Source of the DNA: a virus
Taxonomy: Duplodnaviria; Caudoviricetes
Reading direction: 5' to 3' (one strand)
Length of the DNA stretch: 59,528 bases
Virus record (IMG/VR): IMGVR_UViG_3300037780_000215
Location: 1 to 59,528 of that record
This document shows positions 27,862-36,136 of the stretch, piece after piece. The notes below the pieces were generated by a model that worked only from the letters and a program-made list of their open reading frames with translations, did not search any database and had not been told where the DNA came from. The number at the start of each line of letters is the position of its first letter. The first letter of the stretch is position 1. A program made the position numbers and the translations under genes.

Positions 27862-29001
27862 ATGACGAATGCTTCCGAAACCCTGACGATTGACGCTGTT
27901 GCCGCTCTGGATGCCGTGAAGCGCGTTCGCGCGATCATTGACCGGCGCAACACGGTCCCGCTTCTGGCCGCGGTTCTGATCGAAGCCAGCGAAACCGGCG
28001 TGGTGTTCAAGTCGACCGATTGCGATGCGGAAATCGCCGTCGATGTTGGCGCCCTGTCCGGCGCCGGTAGCTTCCGTGTTGCCACGAATGCCGAAGGCCT
28101 GGCCAAGATCCTGGCCGGATCGAAGCGCGGCGAAGAAATCGAGCTCGCCGCTTCGGGCGGTGGTGACGTGCTCCTTCAGGCTGGCGGCGTCGACTTCACC
28201 CTGCCCGGCGTTGACCCGGCGGGCTGGCCGACTATCGAGTTTGAGCCGGCGTCTTATGTCGCGTTGCCCGGCACGTTCGGCGAAACACTGGCTTTCGTGT
28301 CCCGCGGCATGTCGACCGAAGCAACCCGCTTTTATCTCAACGGTGCCTGCCTCTATGACGACGGCGTCGAATGCGGGCTGGTCGCAACAGACGGGTGCCG
28401 CATGTTCGGCGAGCGCCTGCCGTCTATCGAGCCGGGCACGCTCGCTCTTCCCGGTAGCGGCTACGGCGCGCAAGCCATCATTCCGCGCGGGGTCGTGCCG
28501 TCCATTGTTTCTGCCCTGGCCGGTGACGTCTCCGGCGTGCTCGAGAGCGCGGCCAATCGTCCGGCGGTGCGGATCAAGTGCGGCCCGGTGACGATTACGA
28601 CGAAGCTGGTCGACGGCACGTTTCCGGACTGGCGCCGCGTCCGCCCGCGCACAGATGCCAACGCTTTCGGCTTCGAAGCGACGCGCGAGGCGATCGAGGT
28701 GCCCATGAAGCGCGCCATGAAAGTCGGCTCGAACCGATTCCAGGCCATTCGCGTGACTGTCAACGGATCTGTTCGTGTCGACGTCAACGGCCACGAATGC
28801 GGCAAGGCGTCCGCCGAAATCGATGCGGCGGACAAATGGGGCGAGTCCTGCATCGGCTTCGACGGTGTCAAGGTTCTGGCGTTCATGCCGGACAAGGGCG
28901 AAGCGATCCGCATTCAGTGCAGTGAGGCAACGCAACCGGCTCTGATGCAGTATCCGGCGCACCCGGACCGCTTCGGCGTCCTGATGCCGGTGCGCGTCTA
29001 G
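27862..29001 (+). CDS. dnaN: DNA polymerase III beta sliding clamp homologue
   Basis: RRNTVPLL..VLI, STEATRFYLNG, VATDG.RM, TKLVDGTFPDWRRV, IGF and C-terminal VLMPVRV. Confidence 0.9.
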   Translation: MTNASETLTIDAVAALDAVKRVRAIIDRRNTVPLLAAVLIEASETGVVFKSTDCDAEIAVDVGALSGAGSFRVATNAEGLAKILAGSKRGEEIELAASGGGDVLLQAGGVDFTLPGVDPAGWPTIEFEPASYVALPGTFGETLAFVSRGMSTEATRFYLNGACLYDDGVECGLVATDGCRMFGERLPSIEPGTLALPGSGYGAQAIIPRGVVPSIVSALAGDVSGVLESAANRPAVRIKCGPVTITTKLVDGTFPDWRRVRPRTDANAFGFEATREAIEVPMKRAMKVGSNRFQAIRVTVNGSVRVDVNGHECGKASAEIDAADKWGESCIGFDGVKVLAFMPDKGEAIRIQCSEATQPALMQYPAHPDRFGVLMPVRV

Positions 29002-29093
29002 CGGCCCAGCCGGATCGGGCATCGCTGCGACGCGGTGCCCCTTCCCGCTGGGCTGGCCAGCGCATAGAGTGACCAGAGACAGGAGCATTGACG

Positions 29094-29345
29094 ATGGCAC
29101 GACAAACCGAATGGACCGCCACCCTACGCGATGGCACCGAAACCCGTGTATTCACCGATCCGGACGCTACGGAAGACGAGGCGCGCGCAAAGCTCGCTCG
29201 TATGATGAAGCACGGGCACCAAAATATGCTTCTCGATACTTCGCCAAGCCGCCACCCGGTGATATTGGACGAGCTCGCCACCGCGGGCGCAAAGCGTGAC
29301 TTCGGCGACGATATCGTGAGCATCAAGCGCGCGAACCCGGCATGA
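29094..29345 (+). CDS. Small hypothetical protein upstream of an HTH gene
   Basis: AGGAG RBS; ATGA coupling to the HTH gene. Confidence 0.65.
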   Translation: MARQTEWTATLRDGTETRVFTDPDATEDEARAKLARMMKHGHQNMLLDTSPSRHPVILDELATAGAKRDFGDDIVSIKRANPA

Positions 29346-29569
29346 CCGGCGAAGAATTCAAAGCGCTCCGGCGAGCTATGGGCCTCAGTATCGAGGACTT
29401 GGCCGACGCGCTGGAAATGACCGGCAACGATCCGGGCCGCACGATCCGGCGCTGGGAGTCCGGCAAGTACGATATCCCGGGCCCGACCGCCATTGCGATG
29501 CGGCACTTGGCCGAATGCGAAGGCCGTGCCTGCAGCGTGGAGCATACCGGCGTCCGGTGTAGACCTTGA
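29342..29569 (+). CDS. XRE-family HTH protein (Aca-like)
   Basis: FKALRRAMGLSIEDLADAL...TIRRWESGKYDIP. Confidence 0.85.
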   Translation: MTGEEFKALRRAMGLSIEDLADALEMTGNDPGRTIRRWESGKYDIPGPTAIAMRHLAECEGRACSVEHTGVRCRP

Positions 29570-29632
29570 ACCCTGCCGGTGGGATACTCACCGGTGTCGA
29601 AAGGGCTATATGCCCGCCTCATGGAGGACGAA

Positions 29633-29848
29633 ATGGCAAAGCAGACATTCGCCACACCAGAACCGGTTTCACCGGAGCGGCTGATTGCCTTCCGCGAAGC
29701 CCGCGGGCTCACCGTCAAGGATCTGTCGATCATGACTGGTGTCGATCGCGGCACGCTAACTCGTTACGAGAGCGGCGAGACGCCGGCACATCCGATGCTC
29801 GGCCTGGCCTTGGGCGCTATCGCCTACGGCCTCCCGCCCTACAATTGA
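29633..29848 (+). CDS. XRE-family HTH protein
   Basis: LIAFREARGLTVKDLSIMTGVDRGTLTRYESG; GGAGG RBS. Confidence 0.85.
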   Translation: MAKQTFATPEPVSPERLIAFREARGLTVKDLSIMTGVDRGTLTRYESGETPAHPMLGLALGAIAYGLPPYN

Positions 29849-30049
29849 TGGCGGCCGGAATGGGAACCTTACTGGTGTGGGTCTTTCTGGTGTCGATGAC
29901 GGTGTCGGCCGGTGTGCACCTGGCGGCCGAGCCGCCTGACGATTAACCCCCCAACCACACCCGGGCCGCCCCGCATGCACATCCCATGGCGAAGGCAGCG
30001 AGGGCCGTCATGACGAGGATGGTGGAGGCGGTGAGGTGTTCTTGGCGGG

Positions 30050-30247
30050 TCATTTGGCTTTGGCCTCAAGGGTGTCGATTCGGGATTCCTGAACGCTGCT
30101 GATCGAGGATTGGACGGACAGCCCTTCTTCCAGCGCGGCCACGTAGCTTTGGAGCTTTCGGGTGCGCCGGTCGAGACGGAACACAGCCCACAGCAGGAAC
30201 ACGACGTTCAGGGCGATCAGCATGAGGGCGATGGATGTGAGGGTCAT
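30050..30247 (-). CDS. Small membrane protein (TM plus coiled coil)
   Basis: N-terminal hydrophobic helix; GAGG RBS. Confidence 0.55.
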   Translation of the reverse strand: MTLTSIALMLIALNVVFLLWAVFRLDRRTRKLQSYVAALEEGLSVQSSISSVQESRIDTLEAKAK

Positions 30248-30296
30248 GTCAGGCCTCGCTTTCGTTCAAAAAATGCACTGATCGGGGATTTTCCCC

Positions 30297-30325
30297 TTGA
30301 CATTGTGCACCGCGCGGTGCATATT
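30297..30325 (+). promoter_or_regulatory. Sigma70 promoter with a perfect 16-bp palindromic operator
   Basis: TTGACA-N17-CATATT; TGCACCGCGCGGTGCA at 30306-30321. Confidence 0.75.
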
Positions 30326-30350
30326 ACGGTCATCAACAAAGGAGACCGAC

Positions 30351-30629
30351 ATGCAAGCCATCCAGAAGCAGCCCGCTACCGTAACCGTAGGGCGTTCCGC
30401 CGTGCCGTTCTCGAGCTACAAGGCGGCTAGTGAACTCTATTTGGACGCGATCAGGGCGACCGGGGCGACATCTGGGTGCGGCGATCCCAGTCGCGCCGCG
30501 CCACATTGCTTCTTACGGGACGAAGACGGTGCGATCTGCGGGCGCGTGACGTACAATGGTCGAGTGTGGGCGTGCACCGAAGACAGCGCGTTCAACAACG
30601 GCCTTCAGTGCCTTTATCGACCGGCATGA
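30351..30629 (+). CDS. Small hypothetical protein upstream of an HTH gene
   Basis: AAAGGAG RBS; GRVTYNGRVW motif; ATGA coupling. Confidence 0.75.
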   Translation: MQAIQKQPATVTVGRSAVPFSSYKAASELYLDAIRATGATSGCGDPSRAAPHCFLRDEDGAICGRVTYNGRVWACTEDSAFNNGLQCLYRPA

Positions 30630-30814
30630 CCCCCGCCCGCCTCATCGAATGGCGCAAACAGCGTGGCTTCTCGCAAGAGGAGGCCGCGCGCTTCATCGGC
30701 GCCGGGAACGCTCGCAACAGGTGGAGCCGCTGCGAGCGCGGCGAGGAAGAAATCCCCGAGCTTTGGCTGTGGGCCATCACCGGGCGGACACTGGCCGTCA
30801 AGCCTATCGAATAA
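30626..30814 (+). CDS. XRE-family HTH protein (Aca-like)
   Basis: MTPARLIEWRKQRGFSQEEAARFIG...WSRCERGEEEIP. Confidence 0.8.
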   Translation: MTPARLIEWRKQRGFSQEEAARFIGAGNARNRWSRCERGEEEIPELWLWAITGRTLAVKPIE

Positions 30815-30891
30815 CCCCTCGCCTATCTCGAACTGGCCTTGAAGCTTAAGGCAGTGGGAGATGGAGTAGGACAGGCTTTAGAAAGGACGAG

Positions 30892-31146
30892 ATGATGACC
30901 GCAGCGACCTGCCCGCACTGCCACAAAAAAGCGGGGCAATACGACGGGTTTCGACTTCCGACGCGCGGGCCGGTACCCTTTGAAACGGAGCACCCGTCCG
31001 TTGCAACTCCACTGGGCTACCTGCAGAGCGGTCGATGCGGCTCCTGCGGCGTGGCGCTGATCCTTAATTCGATTCACGGCGTGTATTGCCGTGAGGCGGA
31101 TCGCGCTGAGGCGTGGGCAGACATCGCATTGGAGCAGAGGCAGTAG
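30892..31146 (+). CDS. Small Cys-rich (zinc ribbon-like) protein
   Basis: CPHC and CGSC pairs; AAGGA RBS. Confidence 0.55.
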   Translation: MMTAATCPHCHKKAGQYDGFRLPTRGPVPFETEHPSVATPLGYLQSGRCGSCGVALILNSIHGVYCREADRAEAWADIALEQRQ

Positions 31147-31212
31147 CCTGCCGCTCTATCCAGGTGAGCTACGGGGCGGGACGGAACCGCTCACAGTCCC
31201 GCATTTTTCTGG

Positions 31213-31240
31213 TTGACTACGTACACGGATCGTGTACATT
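31213..31240 (+). promoter_or_regulatory. Sigma70 promoter with an inverted-repeat operator
   Basis: TTGACT-N16-TACATT; GTACACG-gat-CGTGTAC at 31221-31237. Confidence 0.7.
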
Positions 31241-31292
31241 GCTCACATCAGGCGGATGGATTAGCCAACCGCCATAGGGATGGAGCCCTGAT

Positions 31293-31625
31293 ATGATCAT
31301 CACCAAAGAAACCGCTATCCGTGCCTTCCTCGACGCCCGCGGCGACGACATGATCGACGACGCTGATATCGCGGAAGCCGTTCGTGAGATTGGCGACCCC
31401 ACCGCCAACCTGCCGGTCACCGAGACCTTGGAAACCGCAGATAACTATCGCGCTGCCGGATATTCAGACGAAGCGCGCGCTTGGGCCGATGAATACCGCG
31501 AGCAAGGCCTGACCGTCCTTTCGAAGGTCACGGGCCAGCGCAACACGAAGCGCGGCTATGTCGATATCATCCGCACCGTGATGATCGCCGACACCGGCGA
31601 CAAGCGTCTGGTGTCGGTTCAGTGA
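31293..31625 (+). CDS. Small acidic hypothetical protein upstream of an HTH gene
   Basis: GGAG RBS; GTGA coupling to the HTH gene. Confidence 0.75.
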   Translation: MIITKETAIRAFLDARGDDMIDDADIAEAVREIGDPTANLPVTETLETADNYRAAGYSDEARAWADEYREQGLTVLSKVTGQRNTKRGYVDIIRTVMIADTGDKRLVSVQ

Positions 31626-31957
31626 CCCCCTACGCTCTTCTGCTCAGGCTCTCCGGCCTCTCCCAGCGAGAGGCCGCGACCTTTCATGACGTCGCACTGG
31701 ACAGCGTGAAAAGTTGGTGCAGCAACCGCCGCCCGACGCCACCGGGCGCTATAGAGGAATTGCGCGACCTCATTGCCAAGCAGGAGCGGGCGGCGAGGGT
31801 GGCTCTGGCGAAGTACCGCGAGTTAACCGCGGATCACGGACGCCCCGAAACGGTCTCGCTGTCCATTCCCGCTGGCGATTGGCCTGCTGAAAGCGCTGGT
31901 CAGATGGCCCTTGCCAGGGTCGCCGCGGCGATCCGCTCAGAGGTAGATCTGGCATAG
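31622..31957 (+). CDS. HTH protein (Aca2-like size and layout)
   Basis: LLRLSGLSQREAATFHDVALDSVKSWCSNRRPTP plus C-terminal helical extension. Confidence 0.75.
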   Translation: MTPYALLLRLSGLSQREAATFHDVALDSVKSWCSNRRPTPPGAIEELRDLIAKQERAARVALAKYRELTADHGRPETVSLSIPAGDWPAESAGQMALARVAAAIRSEVDLA

Positions 31958-32635
31958 CGTGCGGCCCAGTCGCGACCGCCAGAACCGTCCGCGGCGCCCA
32001 ACGCAGCGACTACCTGCACAGTTGTCAGTGCCGGCGCTCGACGGACGGGTCTATTGTAATGTCGCCAGGCGGGCTCGATGGGATGCCGCTTCCGGGCTTC
32101 TACCGGCTGGTATGCTGTCAGGCCCTCGATTTCGGCGTTCGCTCAGTACCGGCCTTCAATCCACGAGGCGCTACCCCGCTTCAATCCAGCCTATCACGTC
32201 GCCGCTTTCATCCAGGCTCGGACCCGTCTTCCGTGCACAGTCCACGGGCCGGAGGGGCGCAACCACTCGATAACCGCGCGCTCTCGCGCCGCTGACAGCA
32301 ATCCCCCATCCCGGTCATCCAACTCTGTCGTGAGCCAGAGCCGTAGCGGGACAGGGAAAGGCGAAACTCTTGAGCCCTATAGCGGCGGGGGTGATATCAA
32401 GTCCCCCGCCGGGCCAGTAGGGCAATTTGATCGGGTGCCCGAGTCCGGTCTCTAAGACCACCGGGGCGCTACCCTGCCTCATGACAGGACGCTTGTCCGG
32501 CTGGTGACCTCGCTCTGCTTCGGCCTCCTCCGAGGGAATTCCCGCGCTCCACCCGACATGAAAACGCCCGGCACCATTTCTGGCCCGGGCGGATTCTTTC
32601 AACATGGGATTTGGAATCACGCCAACCGCACCCCG

Positions 32636-33463
32636 TCAACCGGTTTTTCGAAAATTTTTTCGCCTTTCGTCCCTGTGCTTATACGCCGCGACGATCTGGA
32701 CGCCTTGCATAAGCCTGTCCCAGCGAGCAAATCCGGCAACGGCGTCGAGCCCCGCGAAAATCGACTTCTTAACGGCGTTCGCCGTCCGCCCGGTGCCATT
32801 CGCGACCTGCGTCGGGGTTTTTCCGTAACCGACGACCGAATCAAGGTCCCTGAACCGGCGTTCCGTCATCCCCGGCGCATCCATGACGTTCAGCCGCTCC
32901 ATGGTGGCCTCCATACGGGCATGCATAGCCGCCTGCGGATCGCCGGACCCATCGACGCTTTCGGACATGAAGCCGGGCCCGCCGCCGATGCCATTGGCCC
33001 GGTTGAAATAACGCTCCCAGACCTGGGCGGCCCGGTACCGGCAGATCGCGACGTCCTTATCCGGTGCCAGCGATCCGCGGCGGTACATGCTGTCGATCGG
33101 GTGGCGCGTATCGAGCCGGGCCCAGACCCGCGGCCCGTTCGGCCGTTCCGGATCCGCCGGCGTCGGCACGAAATGCGACATATCGAGAAGCTGGCCGTCC
33201 CGGCCCGGCGCCATATCCGGCGGCGCATGGCTGCCGGTGGCCACGCCCCATCCGCTGATGACGCCAGCCTGGGCCAGCTCGGCGTAGAACAGGCGGCGGC
33301 GGCGCTCGATGTGCGGCGGGAAGTAGATGCCCTTCGGCGTTCCGGTGTCGCGCTCGTCTGCCGGCCGGTCCTGGCGGTGCAGCCGGCGCAAGCGGCGTTC
33401 CATCTCGCGGTCCGTGGCCTCACGCGCGTAGCGGTCGAGATCGTCTTTCGAGATTTCCGTCAT
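32636..33463 (-). CDS. Putative late-gene transcriptional regulator (DUF6456-like)
   Basis: Last gene of the cro-side operon (lambda Q position); C-terminal HTH-like GKTPTQVANGTG. Confidence 0.5.
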   Translation of the reverse strand: MTEISKDDLDRYAREATDREMERRLRRLHRQDRPADERDTGTPKGIYFPPHIERRRRLFYAELAQAGVISGWGVATGSHAPPDMAPGRDGQLLDMSHFVPTPADPERPNGPRVWARLDTRHPIDSMYRRGSLAPDKDVAICRYRAAQVWERYFNRANGIGGGPGFMSESVDGSGDPQAAMHARMEATMERLNVMDAPGMTERRFRDLDSVVGYGKTPTQVANGTGRTANAVKKSIFAGLDAVAGFARWDRLMQGVQIVAAYKHRDERRKNFRKTG

Positions 33464-34881
33464 GCGGCCCGCTCCTCTGCACAGATCGCTTCCACCATCT
33501 CGATCCGCTGGCCGATCCATTCCATGCAGGGAACGGCCATTGAGTTGCCAAGGGCCTTGTATCTGGGACCGTCCGGGCATCTGTCTGCGCTCTTCCCGCG
33601 ATACGGAATCATCGTGAAATCGTCAGGGAATCCTTGAAGGCGCTCGCATTCTCGCGGTGTCAGTCGGCGCACGGCCCAATCGGTCGCTATGTTTCGCTCT
33701 TGCGCTCGACCGCCGCCGGTGGGGGCTGTCAATAGGCGGAGTTCGGCGCAGGAGTTCTCGGCAAAAGCGACGGCCTGCGTCCCGCCATCCGTGTCAATGG
33801 GGCCGCAGTACCCATCCCAGCTATCCGGATCCTGCCGTGCATTGAAAGCTACCGCCACCTGCCCGCCCGCGTTCGCATGGCTTCCGTCATGACCCATCGC
33901 ACGAAGTGTCGCCGACACTTCGTCCTGTGCATCCGCGCCATAGTCCTTGCTGGAGAAAGCAACAGGCAGAATGGGGGCGCCATCGCCATCGCCATCGCCA
34001 TCGCTGGATGGGCCCTTGTAGTCACGGGCTTTCAAGGCTGGCGAACATTCTGGCACACCGCAGACGGCGGTCAGACCGCCGTCTAGCTCGAAGTCGGTTC
34101 CGAGTCCGCCACCGCCTTGAGTGCGCGCGCTAAGGGTGGGGGCAGGCTTTTGCCCCGCTTCTCGGCGCGGCGGAGGATTCCCCGACAGGCTTTCGCGGTC
34201 AAAAAGTACCGCTGCGGCACGGCGCCAGTCTCCAAGATATCCGACAACGAACACACGACGGCGTCGCTGAGGTACAGCTCCGGTGTGCTCGCATGTTCGC
34301 ACGTATTGAGCGTCAAGAGTCCGGTAAGCGACGCCATACCCGAGTTCTGAAAGTCCGGCGAGGAAGCACCCCAGGGCGTGCGTTTCTTGACCGTCGTGCT
34401 CGTCCTCGACCACGATCTCTTCCCCGTCTCCGGGTCCGTTTCCACCCTCCAAGTCGATGTCCGGCGGACATGGATCGGGTATGTCGTCGGTGGTGCTTGA
34501 AAAGACACCGGGGACATTCTCCCAAACGACCCAGCGGGGCTTATAGCGTTCAGCAATGGCAAGATAGACGAGGGCCAGGTTACCACGCGGATCGTCCAAT
34601 CCCTTTCGCAGTCCGGCGACGCTGAAGGGCTGGCATGGGGTTCCGCCGACAAGAAGGTCAATTGCATGGTCTGGCCACTCCTCGAATTTCGTCATGTCGC
34701 CATGGTTCGGGACCCCGTTTCCGGAATGCTCCTCGCCGGGCATGTTCGACCCGTAGTGATGCGCCAGAACGGCGCTGGGAAACTTCTCGATCTCGCTGAA
34801 GAACGCCGGCGTCCATCCGAGCGGATGCCATGCTTGGGTTGCGGCCTCGATACCGCTGCAGACTGATCCGTAGCGCATCAC
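33460..34881 (-). CDS. C5-cytosine DNA methyltransferase
   Basis: Motifs SVCSGIE (I), GGTPCQ (IV), WENV (VI), QRRRRVF (VIII), RRLTPRECERLQGFP (IX), YKALGNS (X). Confidence 0.95.
   Translation of the reverse strand: MMRYGSVCSGIEAATQAWHPLGWTPAFFSEIEKFPSAVLAHHYGSNMPGEEHSGNGVPNHGDMTKFEEWPDHAIDLLVGGTPCQPFSVAGLRKGLDDPRGNLALVYLAIAERYKPRWVVWENVPGVFSSTTDDIPDPCPPDIDLEGGNGPGDGEEIVVEDEHDGQETHALGCFLAGLSELGYGVAYRTLDAQYVRTCEHTGAVPQRRRRVFVVGYLGDWRRAAAVLFDRESLSGNPPPRREAGQKPAPTLSARTQGGGGLGTDFELDGGLTAVCGVPECSPALKARDYKGPSSDGDGDGDGAPILPVAFSSKDYGADAQDEVSATLRAMGHDGSHANAGGQVAVAFNARQDPDSWDGYCGPIDTDGGTQAVAFAENSCAELRLLTAPTGGGRAQERNIATDWAVRRLTPRECERLQGFPDDFTMIPYRGKSADRCPDGPRYKALGNSMAVPCMEWIGQRIEMVEAICAEERAA
34083..34667 (-). 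CDS. Nested alternative-frame ORF resembling the M.EcoHK31I beta polypeptide
   Basis: NSGM...TLNTCEH...CSLSDILET...RYFLT...ILRRAEKRGK.LP; GAGGAG RBS upstream of ATG. Confidence 0.55.
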   Translation of the reverse strand: MQLTFLSAEPHASPSASPDCERDWTIRVVTWPSSILPLLNAISPAGSFGRMSPVSFQAPPTTYPIHVRRTSTWRVETDPETGKRSWSRTSTTVKKRTPWGASSPDFQNSGMASLTGLLTLNTCEHASTPELYLSDAVVCSLSDILETGAVPQRYFLTAKACRGILRRAEKRGKSLPPPLARALKAVADSEPTSS

Positions 34882-35210
34882 GCCGCCCTCCCCGCGCTAT
34901 CCCGCATTGTCACGATCACGGCGACGGCAAGGTCTTGCATGTGCGCCGCGGCTTCCTCTCCGGTCAGCCGGTCACAGCCCTCCGTGGAGAGCATACGGAC
35001 CAGATTTGCGGAGGTGTCGTAGGCGTCGATCGCTGACGCCCGGTCTTCAGCTGCATGAGCGCTATTCGCCGCGGTCCTGGCGGCGTGAAGGACCAGGTTG
35101 GACAGGGCGGCCCGGACAGCGAGCCGGCGGCGTTCCGGGAAACCATGGGTCAGCTGATCGGTCAGCCCGTCGATCCGGGCCTTGATCGTGGGATTATCAA
35201 GAATGCTCAT
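34878..35210 (-). CDS. Hypothetical protein
   Basis: Overlapping start/stop coupling with both neighbours. Confidence 0.6.
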   Translation of the reverse strand: MSILDNPTIKARIDGLTDQLTHGFPERRRLAVRAALSNLVLHAARTAANSAHAAEDRASAIDAYDTSANLVRMLSTEGCDRLTGEEAAAHMQDLAVAVIVTMRDSAGRAA

Positions 35211-36136
35211 GTCCCAGCCACCAGCCGCAGCTGGCCTCCCTCTTCGCCGTATCCGAATTCCTCGAGAATGCTTTCCGGCACCAGACACCGGCCGCCCGGC
35301 ACCCCGGGTTGATCGCCCTCCGCCGGCCAACTCCCCGTCGCCTTCCAGCGCCTCATCACGACGCGCCAGGATTCATCCGACCGGCCCGCGCTCTGCCCAG
35401 CCTTGGCAACCGGCTCAAGCCTGCCCCAATCCGAAGCCGAGTTGCGGCACCACTTCCGCCACGCCGCCATCCAGTCGCGGAACCGCTTGTCCTTCGCCGT
35501 GGCGTCGTCTCGGAAATTCGCGGCCGCGCGCCGGGCCTGGCCCGGATCCTTGCCGTACTCCCGGAATATCCGTTCGCCCTCGGCGATCGCATCGGCATCC
35601 GGAAAGCCATCCGGGATCGACGTCTCAGGCCTCCGGCGTGGCGCCTTCTTCGGCTTCGCGTCAGCAACCGGGTCAGCGGGGGATATGGGGGGTATATCTG
35701 GTTCTGGTTCTGGAATAGCTAGAGCTAGACCATTGTTTTCATTGTCATCGACATTGTTTTCAGACGATTTTCGCGACGTTTTCGCGCGATTTTCAGCGCG
35801 TTTTCGCGCGGCTTTCGCGCCATTTTCGGCGTCGAAGTCCTCTTTTTCGAGCCGGTAACCGACCTCTGAAAGCGCGCGCGCCTGGCATATCACGCCATTC
35901 TCGATCGTGATTTTTCCGGCCTTCACCAACGCCGATTTCAGGGACCGCCACTTCCTCATCGACACCCGGCAACGGTGCATCATTTCCCGATCACCCTCCT
36001 CGTCATCCGGGAGTGGCGCGCGGCGTGAATTGATGGCGTTGCAGATCCGCAGGAGTGCGGCTTCCTGCTCAAGCGTCAGCTTCGACGTTCCGTCGTCCCA
36101 TTCGCGCGGAAACATCCGGTAGTAGGGATCGCTCAT
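35207..36136 (-). CDS. Replication initiator (DUF1376/YdaU N-terminus)
   Basis: YYRMFPREW..GT..LTLEQE; DWMAAWRKW C-terminal motif; next to DnaB. Confidence 0.8.
   Translation of the reverse strand: MSDPYYRMFPREWDDGTSKLTLEQEAALLRICNAINSRRAPLPDDEEGDREMMHRCRVSMRKWRSLKSALVKAGKITIENGVICQARALSEVGYRLEKEDFDAENGAKAARKRAENRAKTSRKSSENNVDDNENNGLALAIPEPEPDIPPISPADPVADAKPKKAPRRRPETSIPDGFPDADAIAEGERIFREYGKDPGQARRAAANFRDDATAKDKRFRDWMAAWRKWCRNSASDWGRLEPVAKAGQSAGRSDESWRVVMRRWKATGSWPAEGDQPGVPGGRCLVPESILEEFGYGEEGGQLRLVAGT

Noticed and set aside
26842-30328. Shared 13-mer GGTGCATATTACG at ~26842 and ~30316
   Set aside because: Only two copies, and the first lacks the palindrome and -35 context; it may be chance or a promoter remnant.
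33979-34002. (GCCATC)4 microsatellite in the C5 MTase as a phase-variation switch
   Set aside because: A hexamer unit keeps the frame (GDGDGDG) and the tract is short.
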